Assembly: GCA_018334615.1 (NCBI GenBank)
Contig: JAGXLP010000001.1
Location: 12,476-50,267 of the forward strand
Direction: 5' to 3'
From: Candidatus Bipolaricaulota bacterium
GTDB lineage: Bacteria > Bipolaricaulota > Bipolaricaulia > M55B111
Length of the DNA: 37,792 bases
A program made the translations under genes and the position numbers. A model generated the notes under the pieces. The model was not told the origin of the DNA. It worked only from the letters and a program-made list of their open reading frames with translations, and did not search any database. How positions within the stretch are numbered: position 1 is the stretch's first letter; each line of letters begins with the position of its first letter. Positions 27,349-36,589 of this stretch are shown piece after piece.

Positions 27349-28899
27349 ATGAAATATGCTACGACTTCCGAAAAAGTGAAACAGCTGGATCGAAAGGCTG
27401 TGGAGGAGTGGGGGGTAACGTCACCCGTCCTTATGGAGAATGCCGGAAGGAGTGCGGTGGAGTTAATAAAGGAAGAACTTTCTCCCCTGCCAAATAGAAT
27501 TCTTGTCATCTCTGGAAAGGGAAATAACGGCGGGGACGGGCTTGTTGTTGCCCGGAGGCTACTTGACCAGGGTCATCAGGTGGAAGTTTTCGTCCTTGGC
27601 GAACGAAGTAAATTATCCCCGGGGGCGAAGAGAAACGCCGAAATCCTGGAGAGAATGACCGAGAAAGTTCGATACTGTCAACCCGACTATGAAGGTTTGT
27701 TCCGTGAAATAGATTCTAACCCTCCTTTGCTCGTGGATGCAATCTTTGGAGTTGGAATTGAGGGCGAGCTTAAGGGGAAATATCCTCAGTTAATCTCCCG
27801 GATAAATGAGTCCGAAGGTAAAAAGGTTTCCATAGACCTTCCATCCGGCCTGCTTGCTAACTCCGGTGTTCCCGCTGGAAAAGCAGTTAAGGCCGATCTT
27901 ACTGTGACCATGGAACCTTACAAGCTTGGAACTCTTTTACCGGAAGCCCAGAGATTTACTGGCAAACAGAAACTGGCTTCTGTCGGGTATCCCCGGAGGT
28001 TGATCGAGGAGGTTCCCGGGGTCTGGAGAGTTTTGAATGACGAACTGGCGAGGTTGCTTTTACCTGAGCGACCAATCGAGGGATACAAGGGAAGTTTCGG
28101 GAAAATGATGGTTGTGGGCGGTTCGTCAGGAATGACTGGAGCACCGATTCTGGCGACCGAAGCTGGGTTACGCTCGGGGGCAGGATTGGTTTTTTTGGCT
28201 GGTCCCGAGTCCGTAAATGAGATATTTTCCACCAACGTAAAGGAAGCCTTAACTATTCCTCTCCCCGATGAGGACGGGGCGATATGTTCGAACAGCCAGG
28301 GCCCACTTCTCGAGGCTGCTAAGGATAAAGACGCACTGGCCGTGGGGCCCGGATTGGGTCGAAAGGAAGTAACCAAGGAAACAGTTAGGACTCTTCTTGA
28401 TAGTTTCTCGGGTCCCATCGTTCTTGATGCCGATGGAATAGTCTCTCTTGCCGATGATATTGAGGTTTTGAAGGGCCTTGAAGAGGTAGTGTTAACCCCG
28501 CATCCGGGAGAGCTTGCTTGTCTCCTTGACACTACCCCCGAGAAGGTTAATAACGAAAGGTACGACCTCGTTCCCGAACTCGCTCAAACCTGGGAAGTGA
28601 CTTTGTTGTTGAAGGGTATACCAACAGTAATTAGCTCTCCCGCCGGGGAACTGGCTCTGGCAAGCTGTCCCAATACCGGTCTTGCAAAAGGAGGTAGCGG
28701 AGATGTCTTGACCGGCATTATAGGAAGTTTCCTCGCTCAAGGGCTATCGCCGTTTTCCGCGGCCAGGCTTGGTACCTGGGTCCACTGCAGGATAGGCGAG
28801 CTCGGGGCGAAGAAATGGGGAGTGGACTCCCTTCAACCAGGTGATCTGCCGGATTTAATTGGTTCAGTACTCATGAATTGGAGGGCCAGTAAGGAATGA
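27349..28899 (+). CDS. nnr: Bifunctional NAD(P)H-hydrate repair enzyme Nnr (epimerase + ADP-dependent dehydratase; YjeF family)
   Basis: The N-terminal YjeF_N domain is present (GKGNNGGDGLVVAR). The C-terminal carbohydrate-kinase-like domain is present (GSFGKMMVVGGS, LTPHPGE, GGSGDVLTGIIG). Confidence 0.93.
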   Translation: MKYATTSEKVKQLDRKAVEEWGVTSPVLMENAGRSAVELIKEELSPLPNRILVISGKGNNGGDGLVVARRLLDQGHQVEVFVLGERSKLSPGAKRNAEILERMTEKVRYCQPDYEGLFREIDSNPPLLVDAIFGVGIEGELKGKYPQLISRINESEGKKVSIDLPSGLLANSGVPAGKAVKADLTVTMEPYKLGTLLPEAQRFTGKQKLASVGYPRRLIEEVPGVWRVLNDELARLLLPERPIEGYKGSFGKMMVVGGSSGMTGAPILATEAGLRSGAGLVFLAGPESVNEIFSTNVKEALTIPLPDEDGAICSNSQGPLLEAAKDKDALAVGPGLGRKEVTKETVRTLLDSFSGPIVLDADGIVSLADDIEVLKGLEEVVLTPHPGELACLLDTTPEKVNNERYDLVPELAQTWEVTLLLKGIPTVISSPAGELALASCPNTGLAKGGSGDVLTGIIGSFLAQGLSPFSAARLGTWVHCRIGELGAKKWGVDSLQPGDLPDLIGSVLMNWRASKE

Positions 28900-29681
28900 A
28901 GCAAGTGAAGCCAAAATTGATTGATACTCACGCCCATCTAGATATGGGGCACTACGATGACGATAGGGAAGAGGTAATTGAGCGAGCGATGAAAAAGAGC
29001 ACCGGTTTCATCAATATGGGACTGGACCTATCGTCAAGCAAGAAGTCAATAGAACTTGCAAAGAGTTATGATAACGTATATGCCGGTATTGGATTCCACC
29101 CGCACGAAGCCAGCAAGTTCAATTCGTCCACTCTGGATAAATTCCGGGAGCTTTCTAAACATAAGGTCGTAAAAGCGATAGGAGAAATTGGGCTTGATTA
29201 CTATCGGGATAATTCGCCTCGGCGAAAACAAAGAGAGGCCTTTGTGGCCCAGCTAGAACTGGCGTGCGAACTCGAGTTGCCGGTCTCGGTCCATAATAGA
29301 GATTCTACTGAAGATCTGTTGCGAATTTTGAAAAGCCAGACCGAAGTTCCAGCTGGCGTGGTTCATAGTTTCTTTGGTGACTATGATCTCGGGGAGGAAT
29401 TCATCGACCTTGGGCTATATCTAGGGTTGAGCGGTCCAGTGACTTTTGATGGTAATAAGCGTTTGGGTGAAACCGTTAAAGAACTTCCCCTGGAACGGCT
29501 GGTCCTGGAAACGGATTCTCCTTTTTTGACTCCCGCCCCCAACCGAGGGAAACGCAACGAGCCGGGCTACGTCGAGTTCGTGGCGAAAGAATTGGCCTAC
29601 TTAAAGGATATCTCCTTTGAGGTAGTTTCGGAAACGACGACTCGAAACGCAAGGAGGTTGTTTGATCTGAATGAGTGTTAA
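28896..29681 (+). CDS. tatD: TatD-family metal-dependent hydrolase/DNase
   Basis: It shows LIDTHAHLD, AIGEIGLDY, PVSVHNRD, GVVHSF and LVLETDSPFL. An ATGA start/stop overlap links it to nnr. Confidence 0.92.
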   Translation: MKQVKPKLIDTHAHLDMGHYDDDREEVIERAMKKSTGFINMGLDLSSSKKSIELAKSYDNVYAGIGFHPHEASKFNSSTLDKFRELSKHKVVKAIGEIGLDYYRDNSPRRKQREAFVAQLELACELELPVSVHNRDSTEDLLRILKSQTEVPAGVVHSFFGDYDLGEEFIDLGLYLGLSGPVTFDGNKRLGETVKELPLERLVLETDSPFLTPAPNRGKRNEPGYVEFVAKELAYLKDISFEVVSETTTRNARRLFDLNEC

Positions 29682-30555
29682 TCCTGGAAAACTGGGAATG
29701 AAACTGGGTGCCCACCTCTCCATCGCCGGAGGAATAGATAAGTCCGCGAACAGGGCAAAAGAGCTGAACGTTAATGCCTTTCAAATTTTCTCCCATAACG
29801 TCCGGTCCTGGAGTACAAGAGATTTGCGAGAAGAGGAAGTGGAGAAGTTTAAGAGAAATAGGGTTGAGTTCGGGATAGAGTACGTAGTGGCTCATACGAG
29901 CTATCTGTTAAACCTGGCTTCGCCAAAAGACGAACTCTGGGAAAAGTCGAAGCGCGGTCTTATTGAGGAAGTAAGGAGGGCCGACAGGCTGGGGATTGCT
30001 GCAATTAATACTCACATAGGCGCTCATACGGGTTCAGGGATTGAGGCGGGGCTAACCAGGCTTACAGAAGCGCTTAAAGAGGTGATAGATTCTGAGCAAC
30101 TCGAGGGGTCCGACGTCCGAATATTGCTGGAAAATACTTCCGGTAGCGGAACGACCCTGGGAGCGAACTTTGCTGAGTTGGGAGAAGTACTCGATGAGTT
30201 AGGTAACCCCGAGCGGTTTGGAATATGTATAGATACCTGTCACGGCTTTGCTGCCGGGTATGACTTCGGCTCCAGGCAGGGGTTGCGAGAGACGCTGGCT
30301 CAGTTCGAGGATAAAGTCGGGCTTGACAATTTAAGGTTGATTCATCTTAATGACTCAGTTGGCGAAAAAGGTTCCAACAAGGACAGACATGCCCACATAG
30401 GTCAGGGTAAAATTGGAGATCGGGGATTTTCCGCCGTAGTAAACGCTCCAGAATTGAGAGAACTTCCATTTATTCTGGAGACTCCAAAAGAGGAGATAGA
30501 TGGGAAGGATGCAGATAGGGTTAATCTGGATAGAGTGATGGAACTGAGAAGCTGA
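29671..30555 (+). CDS. nfo: Endonuclease IV (deoxyribonuclease IV)
   Basis: It shows GAHLSIAGG, AFQIF, VAHTSYLLNLAS, LLENTSG, CIDTCH, HLNDS, DRHAHIG and ILETP. It overlaps tatD by 11 nt. Confidence 0.93.
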   Translation: MSVNPGKLGMKLGAHLSIAGGIDKSANRAKELNVNAFQIFSHNVRSWSTRDLREEEVEKFKRNRVEFGIEYVVAHTSYLLNLASPKDELWEKSKRGLIEEVRRADRLGIAAINTHIGAHTGSGIEAGLTRLTEALKEVIDSEQLEGSDVRILLENTSGSGTTLGANFAELGEVLDELGNPERFGICIDTCHGFAAGYDFGSRQGLRETLAQFEDKVGLDNLRLIHLNDSVGEKGSNKDRHAHIGQGKIGDRGFSAVVNAPELRELPFILETPKEEIDGKDADRVNLDRVMELRS

Positions 30556-30804
30556 GATTCCTTTCCTCTTGCCATTTATTTAGCAGAAACAGGGCCAAAA
30601 GTTGATATTTTTCCTACCTTCTATTAAAATCTTTCAATAGCTAATTGCAACGGAAGCTTGGATTCGATTATTGATTGATATTTGGGCATTGCTTAGGTTT
30701 TCCTGGATTGGAGATAGTATTAACTAGGTCAGGATAATTTTCACTTAATTGGTTAAGGCAATATTCACTACCGTATACCACCATTATGATGGGAGGTATA
30801 GGAT

Positions 30805-31071
30805 ATGGAAATCCTGAAGGTAGCTTCGAGTTCCAATCCTAATTCCGTTGCTGGAGCAATCGCCGGTGCAATAGAAACAGATGGAATAGTCGAAGCCCAC
30901 ACCATAGGTGCGGGTGCGGTAAATCAAACCGTAAAGGCGATCGCAATTGCCCGCCGTTTGCTGGATGGAGGAGAAGAAAATCTAAACGTGATCACTGGAT
31001 TCATAGACCTTGAAATCGAGGGAGAGGAAAAGACCGGAATAAAATTTGTGATAAATCTTACCCGGGAATAG
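30805..31071 (+). CDS. spoVS: SpoVS-family protein
   Basis: MEILKVASSSNPNSVAGAIAGAI...IGAGAVNQTVKAIAIAR closely parallels Bacillus SpoVS. At 88 aa the length is typical. Confidence 0.9.
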   Translation: MEILKVASSSNPNSVAGAIAGAIETDGIVEAHTIGAGAVNQTVKAIAIARRLLDGGEENLNVITGFIDLEIEGEEKTGIKFVINLTRE

Positions 31072-31157
31072 CTATTGAGCTCGGTTATTTTTTGTCTTCT
31101 CTTCCAGTGACCATACTTTCATAATAACTCCGTAACTTTCCGTATTTTCAATTTGAG

Positions 31158-32804
31158 ATGATCAAGAAAGAAATTAGAAGGGTATTGACTGAAAGATTGG
31201 TAGAACTCGGGTTCAACTTAGATGAAGGGGAACTCGGGGTTGAAGAACCTTCGAACCCTGAGTTTGGAGATTTTGCCTCCAGCATTGCACTCGAGCTCGC
31301 TTCCCGGACTGAAGACTCTTCCCGGGCGTTAGCGGAACGGGTGGCTGAAGGGATATGTAAAGATGACTTTTCCCGTGTTACTGTCGCGGGCCCCGGATTT
31401 ATAAACTTTGACCTCTCGCCCTCACTAATTATCGATAGCTTGAACCGTCTACTTTCCAGCTCGAGCCCTCTAGATGAATTTCCGGACTCGATCGGTAAAA
31501 GTATTCAGATAGAATTTGTCTCCTCTAATCCAACAGGTCCGCTGACCGTGGGGCACTGCAGACAGGCCGTGCTGGGAGATGTCCTCGCATCTTTATACAG
31601 TCGCCTTGGCTACGATGTGGAAACGGAGTACTACTTTAACGATGAGGGCAGACAGATGGATATACTCGCCTCGACTCTCTGGGCTCGATACAGTCAGTCG
31701 CTAGGTGAGGAGGTGGAAATTCCCGAGGATGGCTATAAGGGCGAATACCTGATAGATATTGGAGAAGACTTAGCCGAGGAATACGGTGATGAATACTTAA
31801 CCTGGAATGACGATACGGCGGCCTTTTTCAAAAATAAGGGATTAGAAAGAATGATAAGGAGAATAAAAGAGGATCTCTCTCTGGTCGGGGTGGAATTTGA
31901 TAACTGGTTTCGAGAATCCAGTCTTCACGAAAAAGGGGAAGTTGATGAGGTTATAAATGTGCTTCGGGAGAAGGACGGAACCTACGAAAAAGATGGGGCG
32001 GTCTGGCTCAAAGCGGAAGAGGAAGGGGCACCCCAGGACGTGGTACTCGTAAAAAGTAGCGGGGAACCGACCTATCTCCTGCCCGATATTGCCTATCATC
32101 TGGATAAATTTGAACGGGGTTACGACCAGGCGTTGGTTCTTCTGGGTGCCGATCATCAAAGGCACGTGGAAAACATGAAAGCGGGGTTGAGCAAGCTTGG
32201 TTTACCTCCGGATTTTTATCAGGCGCTCATTAATCAATTCGTAAGCCTTTCCGCCGAGGGAGAAGTGAAAAAGATGTCCACTCGAGAGGGAGAATTTGTA
32301 ACGTTGAAGAGCCTGGTGGAAGACCTCGGTAAGGACGTAGTTCGTTACTTCATGGCTGCGCGGAAACCGGAGAGCCACCTGGAGTTCGATTACGAGCTGG
32401 CAAAAGAGGAGTCGATGGATAACCCAGTTTATTACCTTCAGTACGCCCATACGAGAATTGCTAGCATTTTCCGCAAATCGGACAGGGTAAACCTTGAAGG
32501 GAAATTTGAGCTGGAGGATTTGAATCTGAGCAGACTGGGAGAACCTGAAGAACAAGAATTGATGAAAAAACTGGATAAGTTTCCCGAAATAGTAGAGATC
32601 GCTGCCGAGGATTATGCGCCCCATTACCTTATTAGTTACGGTGAGAAACTATCTTCTCTCTTTCACAAGTTCTACAACAAATACAGGGTTTTGACTGATG
32701 ACGAAGAGCTCGGCGCGGCAAGGCTGGGGTTATGTAAGGGTGTCCAGATGGTATTGGGTGAACTACTGGAAATCCTGGGTGTCTCAACGCCGAAGGAAAT
32801 GTAA
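31158..32804 (+). CDS. argS: Arginine--tRNA ligase
   Basis: It shows SSNPTGPLTVGHCRQAVLGD (HIGH region), a KMSTREG (KMSKS-like) motif and a C-terminal DALR anticodon-binding region. Confidence 0.95.
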   Translation: MIKKEIRRVLTERLVELGFNLDEGELGVEEPSNPEFGDFASSIALELASRTEDSSRALAERVAEGICKDDFSRVTVAGPGFINFDLSPSLIIDSLNRLLSSSSPLDEFPDSIGKSIQIEFVSSNPTGPLTVGHCRQAVLGDVLASLYSRLGYDVETEYYFNDEGRQMDILASTLWARYSQSLGEEVEIPEDGYKGEYLIDIGEDLAEEYGDEYLTWNDDTAAFFKNKGLERMIRRIKEDLSLVGVEFDNWFRESSLHEKGEVDEVINVLREKDGTYEKDGAVWLKAEEEGAPQDVVLVKSSGEPTYLLPDIAYHLDKFERGYDQALVLLGADHQRHVENMKAGLSKLGLPPDFYQALINQFVSLSAEGEVKKMSTREGEFVTLKSLVEDLGKDVVRYFMAARKPESHLEFDYELAKEESMDNPVYYLQYAHTRIASIFRKSDRVNLEGKFELEDLNLSRLGEPEEQELMKKLDKFPEIVEIAAEDYAPHYLISYGEKLSSLFHKFYNKYRVLTDDEELGAARLGLCKGVQMVLGELLEILGVSTPKEM

Positions 32805-32832
32805 GTATGTTTATCCGGGGGTATTTCGCTGA

Positions 32833-33744
32833 ATGAGCTGGTTTGACAGGTTAAAGCAGGGATTAAAGAAAACACGAAAGAACTTAATTGGCCGCGTTGA
32901 AAGTGTAATCCGTAGTTACAAAACAATAGAACCCGGACTGTTTGATGAAATAGAAGAACTCCTGGTAACTGCTGACATCGGAGTTAATACGGCAATGGAG
33001 ATAATTGACCGGGTAAAAGAGAGAATTGAAGAGGAAGACGAGACCGACCCGGGCAGAGTCAAAGATCTTTTGAAGGATGAACTAAAGGCCCGGTTGGCGA
33101 GCGCCGAAGAAGGATTACACCTGCGTGAGGATGGACTCACAGTGATGTTAATGATGGGGGTAAACGGGTCTGGTAAGACGACCACGATAGCTAAAATAGG
33201 GCAGAAGTTTATTTCGGAAGGTAAAGACGTCGTCTTTGCCGCCTCCGACACCTTCAGGGCTGCGGCAATAGAACAGCTTGAGTTATGGGCTAAAAGGGTC
33301 GGGGCAACCCCGATAAGCCACGAGATTGGTGCGGATCCTTCCGCCGTTGCCTATGATGCGCTGGAATATTCTGTTAACAATGGAGCCGACCTGCTGTTGA
33401 TCGATACGGCAGGCAGGTTACAGACCAAACATAACCTGATGGAAGAGTTGAAAAAAATAAATCGGGTCGTCGCAAAGAAACTGGATCGCCCCATTGACGA
33501 GAAGTTGCTCACTATAGATGCAACTAACGGCCAGAATGGCGTGTCTCAGGCGGAAAAGTTCGACGAGGCGATAGGTCTTACTGGACTCATAATAACCAAG
33601 CTGGATGGAACCGGTAAAGGTGGCGTGATCTTTCAGATAGTCGATGAGTTTTCCGCACCGATCAAGTTAATTGGTGTCGGAGAGTCCGAGAAAGATTTAC
33701 ACCAATTTGACAGGGAAGAATTTGTTGAAGCGTTGTTCAGATAG
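32833..33744 (+). CDS. ftsY: Signal recognition particle receptor FtsY (short form: N-terminal amphipathic helix + NG domain)
   Basis: It shows GVNGSGKTTTIAKI, DTAGRLQ, TKLDGTGKGG and an N-terminal WFDRLKQGLKKTRKNL helix. Confidence 0.95.
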   Translation: MSWFDRLKQGLKKTRKNLIGRVESVIRSYKTIEPGLFDEIEELLVTADIGVNTAMEIIDRVKERIEEEDETDPGRVKDLLKDELKARLASAEEGLHLREDGLTVMLMMGVNGSGKTTTIAKIGQKFISEGKDVVFAASDTFRAAAIEQLELWAKRVGATPISHEIGADPSAVAYDALEYSVNNGADLLLIDTAGRLQTKHNLMEELKKINRVVAKKLDRPIDEKLLTIDATNGQNGVSQAEKFDEAIGLTGLIITKLDGTGKGGVIFQIVDEFSAPIKLIGVGESEKDLHQFDREEFVEALFR

Positions 33745-33780
33745 ATTTTGCACTTCTTAGAATTAACGGGAGGTTAATTT

Positions 33781-36399
33781 ATGGATTACGTGTATTTCTT
33801 TGGTGGTGGAGAGGCTGATGGCTCAGAAGACCTGAAAGATATTCTCGGGGGTAAAGGTGCTAATCTGGCTGAGATGACCAATATAGGTATACCAGTCCCC
33901 TCGGGATTTACGATTTCCGCAGAAGTCTGCCAGTATTATTACCGGCACGATGAAGAGTACCCGGAAGATCTAGAGAATGAGGTTGAACGGAACCTTAAGC
34001 GTCTGGAGGAAGTGAATGACAAGGAGTTTGGCGATTCGGATGATCCGTTGTTGCTATCGATCAGATCAGGCGCCGCGGTTTCGATGCCGGGGATGATGGA
34101 TACAGTTTTGAACGTCGGCCTGAACGAAAATACTCTGGAAGGGCTCGTAGAAAGGACGGGAAACCCTAGATTTGCCTGGGATTCTTATCGCCGGCTGATA
34201 CAGATGTACGGAGAGGTAGTTAAAGGTATTGAGGCCAGAGAATTCGACCTGGCACTTGAAAAGATTAAAGAAGAAAAAGGTGTCGAGAACGATACCGAGC
34301 TTACCGTTGACGACCTGAAAGAAGTCGTCGATAAGTTTAATGAGATTTACACCGAAAACCTGAATGAGGAGTTTCCTACAGAACCCAGAGAACAGCTCTG
34401 GGGGGCGATTGACGCCGTATTTGGTTCCTGGAACAACCCGAGAGCTAAGAAGTACCGTGAGATAAACGACCTTCCTGATGACGCTCTGGGAACTGCGGTC
34501 AATGTACAGACCATGGTATTTGGAAATACTGGAAAGAACTCCGCCACTGGCGTTGCTTTTACCAGAAACCCCTCGACTGGAGAGAAGAAACGGTACGGTG
34601 AGTACCTGAAGAACGCTCAGGGTGAGGACGTCGTTGCCGGCGTAAGGACGCCAAAAGATATTAAGACTTTGCAGGATGAGATGCCCGAAGCATGGGAAGA
34701 GTTGGAAGAGATATTCCAGAAACTTGAAGAGCACTATAAGGATGTTCAAGACGTTGAGTTTACCATTGAAAATTCAGATCTTTATATGCTTCAGACCCGA
34801 ACGGGCAAGCGAACCGCAAAAGCCGCGGTAAAAATCGCAGTGGATATGGCCCAGGAAGGCTTGATCGATAAGGAGACCGCCATTGGTCGTATAGATCCAG
34901 AGACTCTGGATCAGCTGTTACATCCCTCGTTTAGTGAGGAAGCGGAGAAAGAGGTCCTCGCCAACGGTATTAACGCGTCGCCAGGCGCTGCTGTGGGGAA
35001 AGTTGTATTTACTGCCGGTGAAGCGGTAGAAAAGAGAGATAATGGAGAGAAGGTAATCCTGGTTAGAACTGAAACTTCGCCGGAAGACATAGACGGACTG
35101 GAAGCGGCGGAAGGGGTGCTTACTTCAAGAGGAGGCATGACCTCCCATGCCGCCGTCGTGGCAAGAGGCATGGGCAAGCCCGCTGTTGCAGGATGTGGCG
35201 CTCTGGAAATTGATTACGAAGCAAAAGAATTTCAAGTTGATGGAAGTACGGTGAAAGAAGGTGATTATATATCTATCGACGGTACGACCGGTGATGTAAT
35301 GCTGGGGCAAGTACCGACGGTCGAGCCAAAGATGGGAGAGAGCTTCCGGACGTTGATGAAATGGGCAGACGGGGTTCGAAAGCTTGGAGTAAGGACGAAC
35401 GCCGATACCCCCGAGGATGCCGGAAAAGCCAGGGATTACGGGGCAGAAGGAGTTGGTCTCTGTCGGACCGAGCACATGTTCTTTGGTGACGAGCGACTAC
35501 CTTATATTCGGCAAACGATAATGGCGGAGGATCGTGAGGATCGTGAGCAATACCTATCCGAACTGGCTAAATTTCAAAAAGAAGACTTCGAGGGTATTCT
35601 AGAAGAGATGGAAGGTTTGCCAGTGATGATTCGGCTATTAGATCCTCCTCTTCACGAGTTCCTCCCGGATTCGAAAGAAGAAGTTGAGGAGTTTGCCTCA
35701 AAGGCGGGCAAACCCCCGCAGGAGGTGACGGACAAGCTGGAGGAGCTTGAGGAATTTAACCCGATGCTCGGTCACCGTGGATGCAGGCTTGGAATAACTA
35801 TGCCCGAAATATACGAGATGCAGGTAGGAGCCATAATTCGGGCAGCCGTAAACCTGCGAGAAGATGGGGTAGATGCCCTTCCCAAGATCATGGTTCCCCT
35901 TGTTGGTGAACCGCAAGAAATGAAGCAGGTAAGGAATTCTATTGAGAAAAAGGCCGATGAAGTTTTGAGCTCTCTCAATTCCGATCTCGACTACGAGATA
36001 GGGACCATGATAGAAATTCCCAGAGCCTGTCTTCTGGCTGACGAGATAGCTGAGGACGCCGATTTCTTCTCGTTTGGGACCAACGACCTGACTCAGTTGA
36101 CTTTTGGCTATAGCAGAGACGATGCCGGTAAATTTCTTGATGAGTACCTGAAAAAGGAAATCCTGGAGAAGAACCCATTTGAAACCCTTGACGATAAGGG
36201 CGTGGCTAAATTGATGGAAACCGGTACCGAGCTGGGGAGAAGCGCTAACCCAAACCTCTCGGTAGGTATATGTGGCGAGCAGGGAGGGGACCCGGATTCG
36301 ATAGAAGTAGCCAGAGAAATCGGTCTTGATTATGTAAGTGCTTCTCCATTCAGGGTTCCGATTGCCCGGTTGGCCGCTGCTCAGATGGAGCTAGATTAG
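33781..36399 (+). CDS. ppdK: Pyruvate, phosphate dikinase
   Basis: It shows LGGKGANLAEM, the phosphohistidine loop GGMTSHAAVVARG, the PEP-utilising TIM domain CRTEHMF and the C-terminal GICGE motif. At 872 aa it is normal full length. Confidence 0.96.
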   Translation: MDYVYFFGGGEADGSEDLKDILGGKGANLAEMTNIGIPVPSGFTISAEVCQYYYRHDEEYPEDLENEVERNLKRLEEVNDKEFGDSDDPLLLSIRSGAAVSMPGMMDTVLNVGLNENTLEGLVERTGNPRFAWDSYRRLIQMYGEVVKGIEAREFDLALEKIKEEKGVENDTELTVDDLKEVVDKFNEIYTENLNEEFPTEPREQLWGAIDAVFGSWNNPRAKKYREINDLPDDALGTAVNVQTMVFGNTGKNSATGVAFTRNPSTGEKKRYGEYLKNAQGEDVVAGVRTPKDIKTLQDEMPEAWEELEEIFQKLEEHYKDVQDVEFTIENSDLYMLQTRTGKRTAKAAVKIAVDMAQEGLIDKETAIGRIDPETLDQLLHPSFSEEAEKEVLANGINASPGAAVGKVVFTAGEAVEKRDNGEKVILVRTETSPEDIDGLEAAEGVLTSRGGMTSHAAVVARGMGKPAVAGCGALEIDYEAKEFQVDGSTVKEGDYISIDGTTGDVMLGQVPTVEPKMGESFRTLMKWADGVRKLGVRTNADTPEDAGKARDYGAEGVGLCRTEHMFFGDERLPYIRQTIMAEDREDREQYLSELAKFQKEDFEGILEEMEGLPVMIRLLDPPLHEFLPDSKEEVEEFASKAGKPPQEVTDKLEELEEFNPMLGHRGCRLGITMPEIYEMQVGAIIRAAVNLREDGVDALPKIMVPLVGEPQEMKQVRNSIEKKADEVLSSLNSDLDYEIGTMIEIPRACLLADEIAEDADFFSFGTNDLTQLTFGYSRDDAGKFLDEYLKKEILEKNPFETLDDKGVAKLMETGTELGRSANPNLSVGICGEQGGDPDSIEVAREIGLDYVSASPFRVPIARLAAAQMELD

Positions 36400-36430
36400 G
36401 ACTCCGAGTAAAATTAACAGGGTTTTGATA

Positions 36431-36462
36431 AGGAGGGGTCCTAGGCGGTCCCCTCCTTTTTT
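36431..36462 (+). terminator. Rho-independent terminator of ppdK
   Basis: The stem AGGAGGGG...CCCCTCCT is followed by a T-run (36457-36462). Confidence 0.75.
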
Positions 36463-36589
36463 CGTTTAACCAAACCTTGCCGAGAAAGTCACGTCCCCTG
36501 GAGCGGGGTTATTGACGTGGAGAAAAAATTCGAGGGAATCTCTTCTCGGTGACCCTTTGTAGTTGAATAGGTCCAACCTCTAGTCGGGG

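Noticed and set aside
31072-31157. Possible T-box leader upstream of argS.
   Set aside because: The gap is only 86 nt, with no T-box sequence or specifier/antiterminator architecture.
34066-34749. Long antisense ORFs inside well-supported genes. Examples: 227 aa in ppdK, 204 aa at 27918-28532 in nnr, 177/178/153 aa in yvcK and the PIN-ATPase gene, and several in the P-type ATPase, groEL and htrA.
   Set aside because: They are low-complexity, Ser/Pro/Arg-rich translations with no motifs or Shine-Dalgarno. They lie opposite genes with unambiguous family signatures and are typical shadow ORFs.
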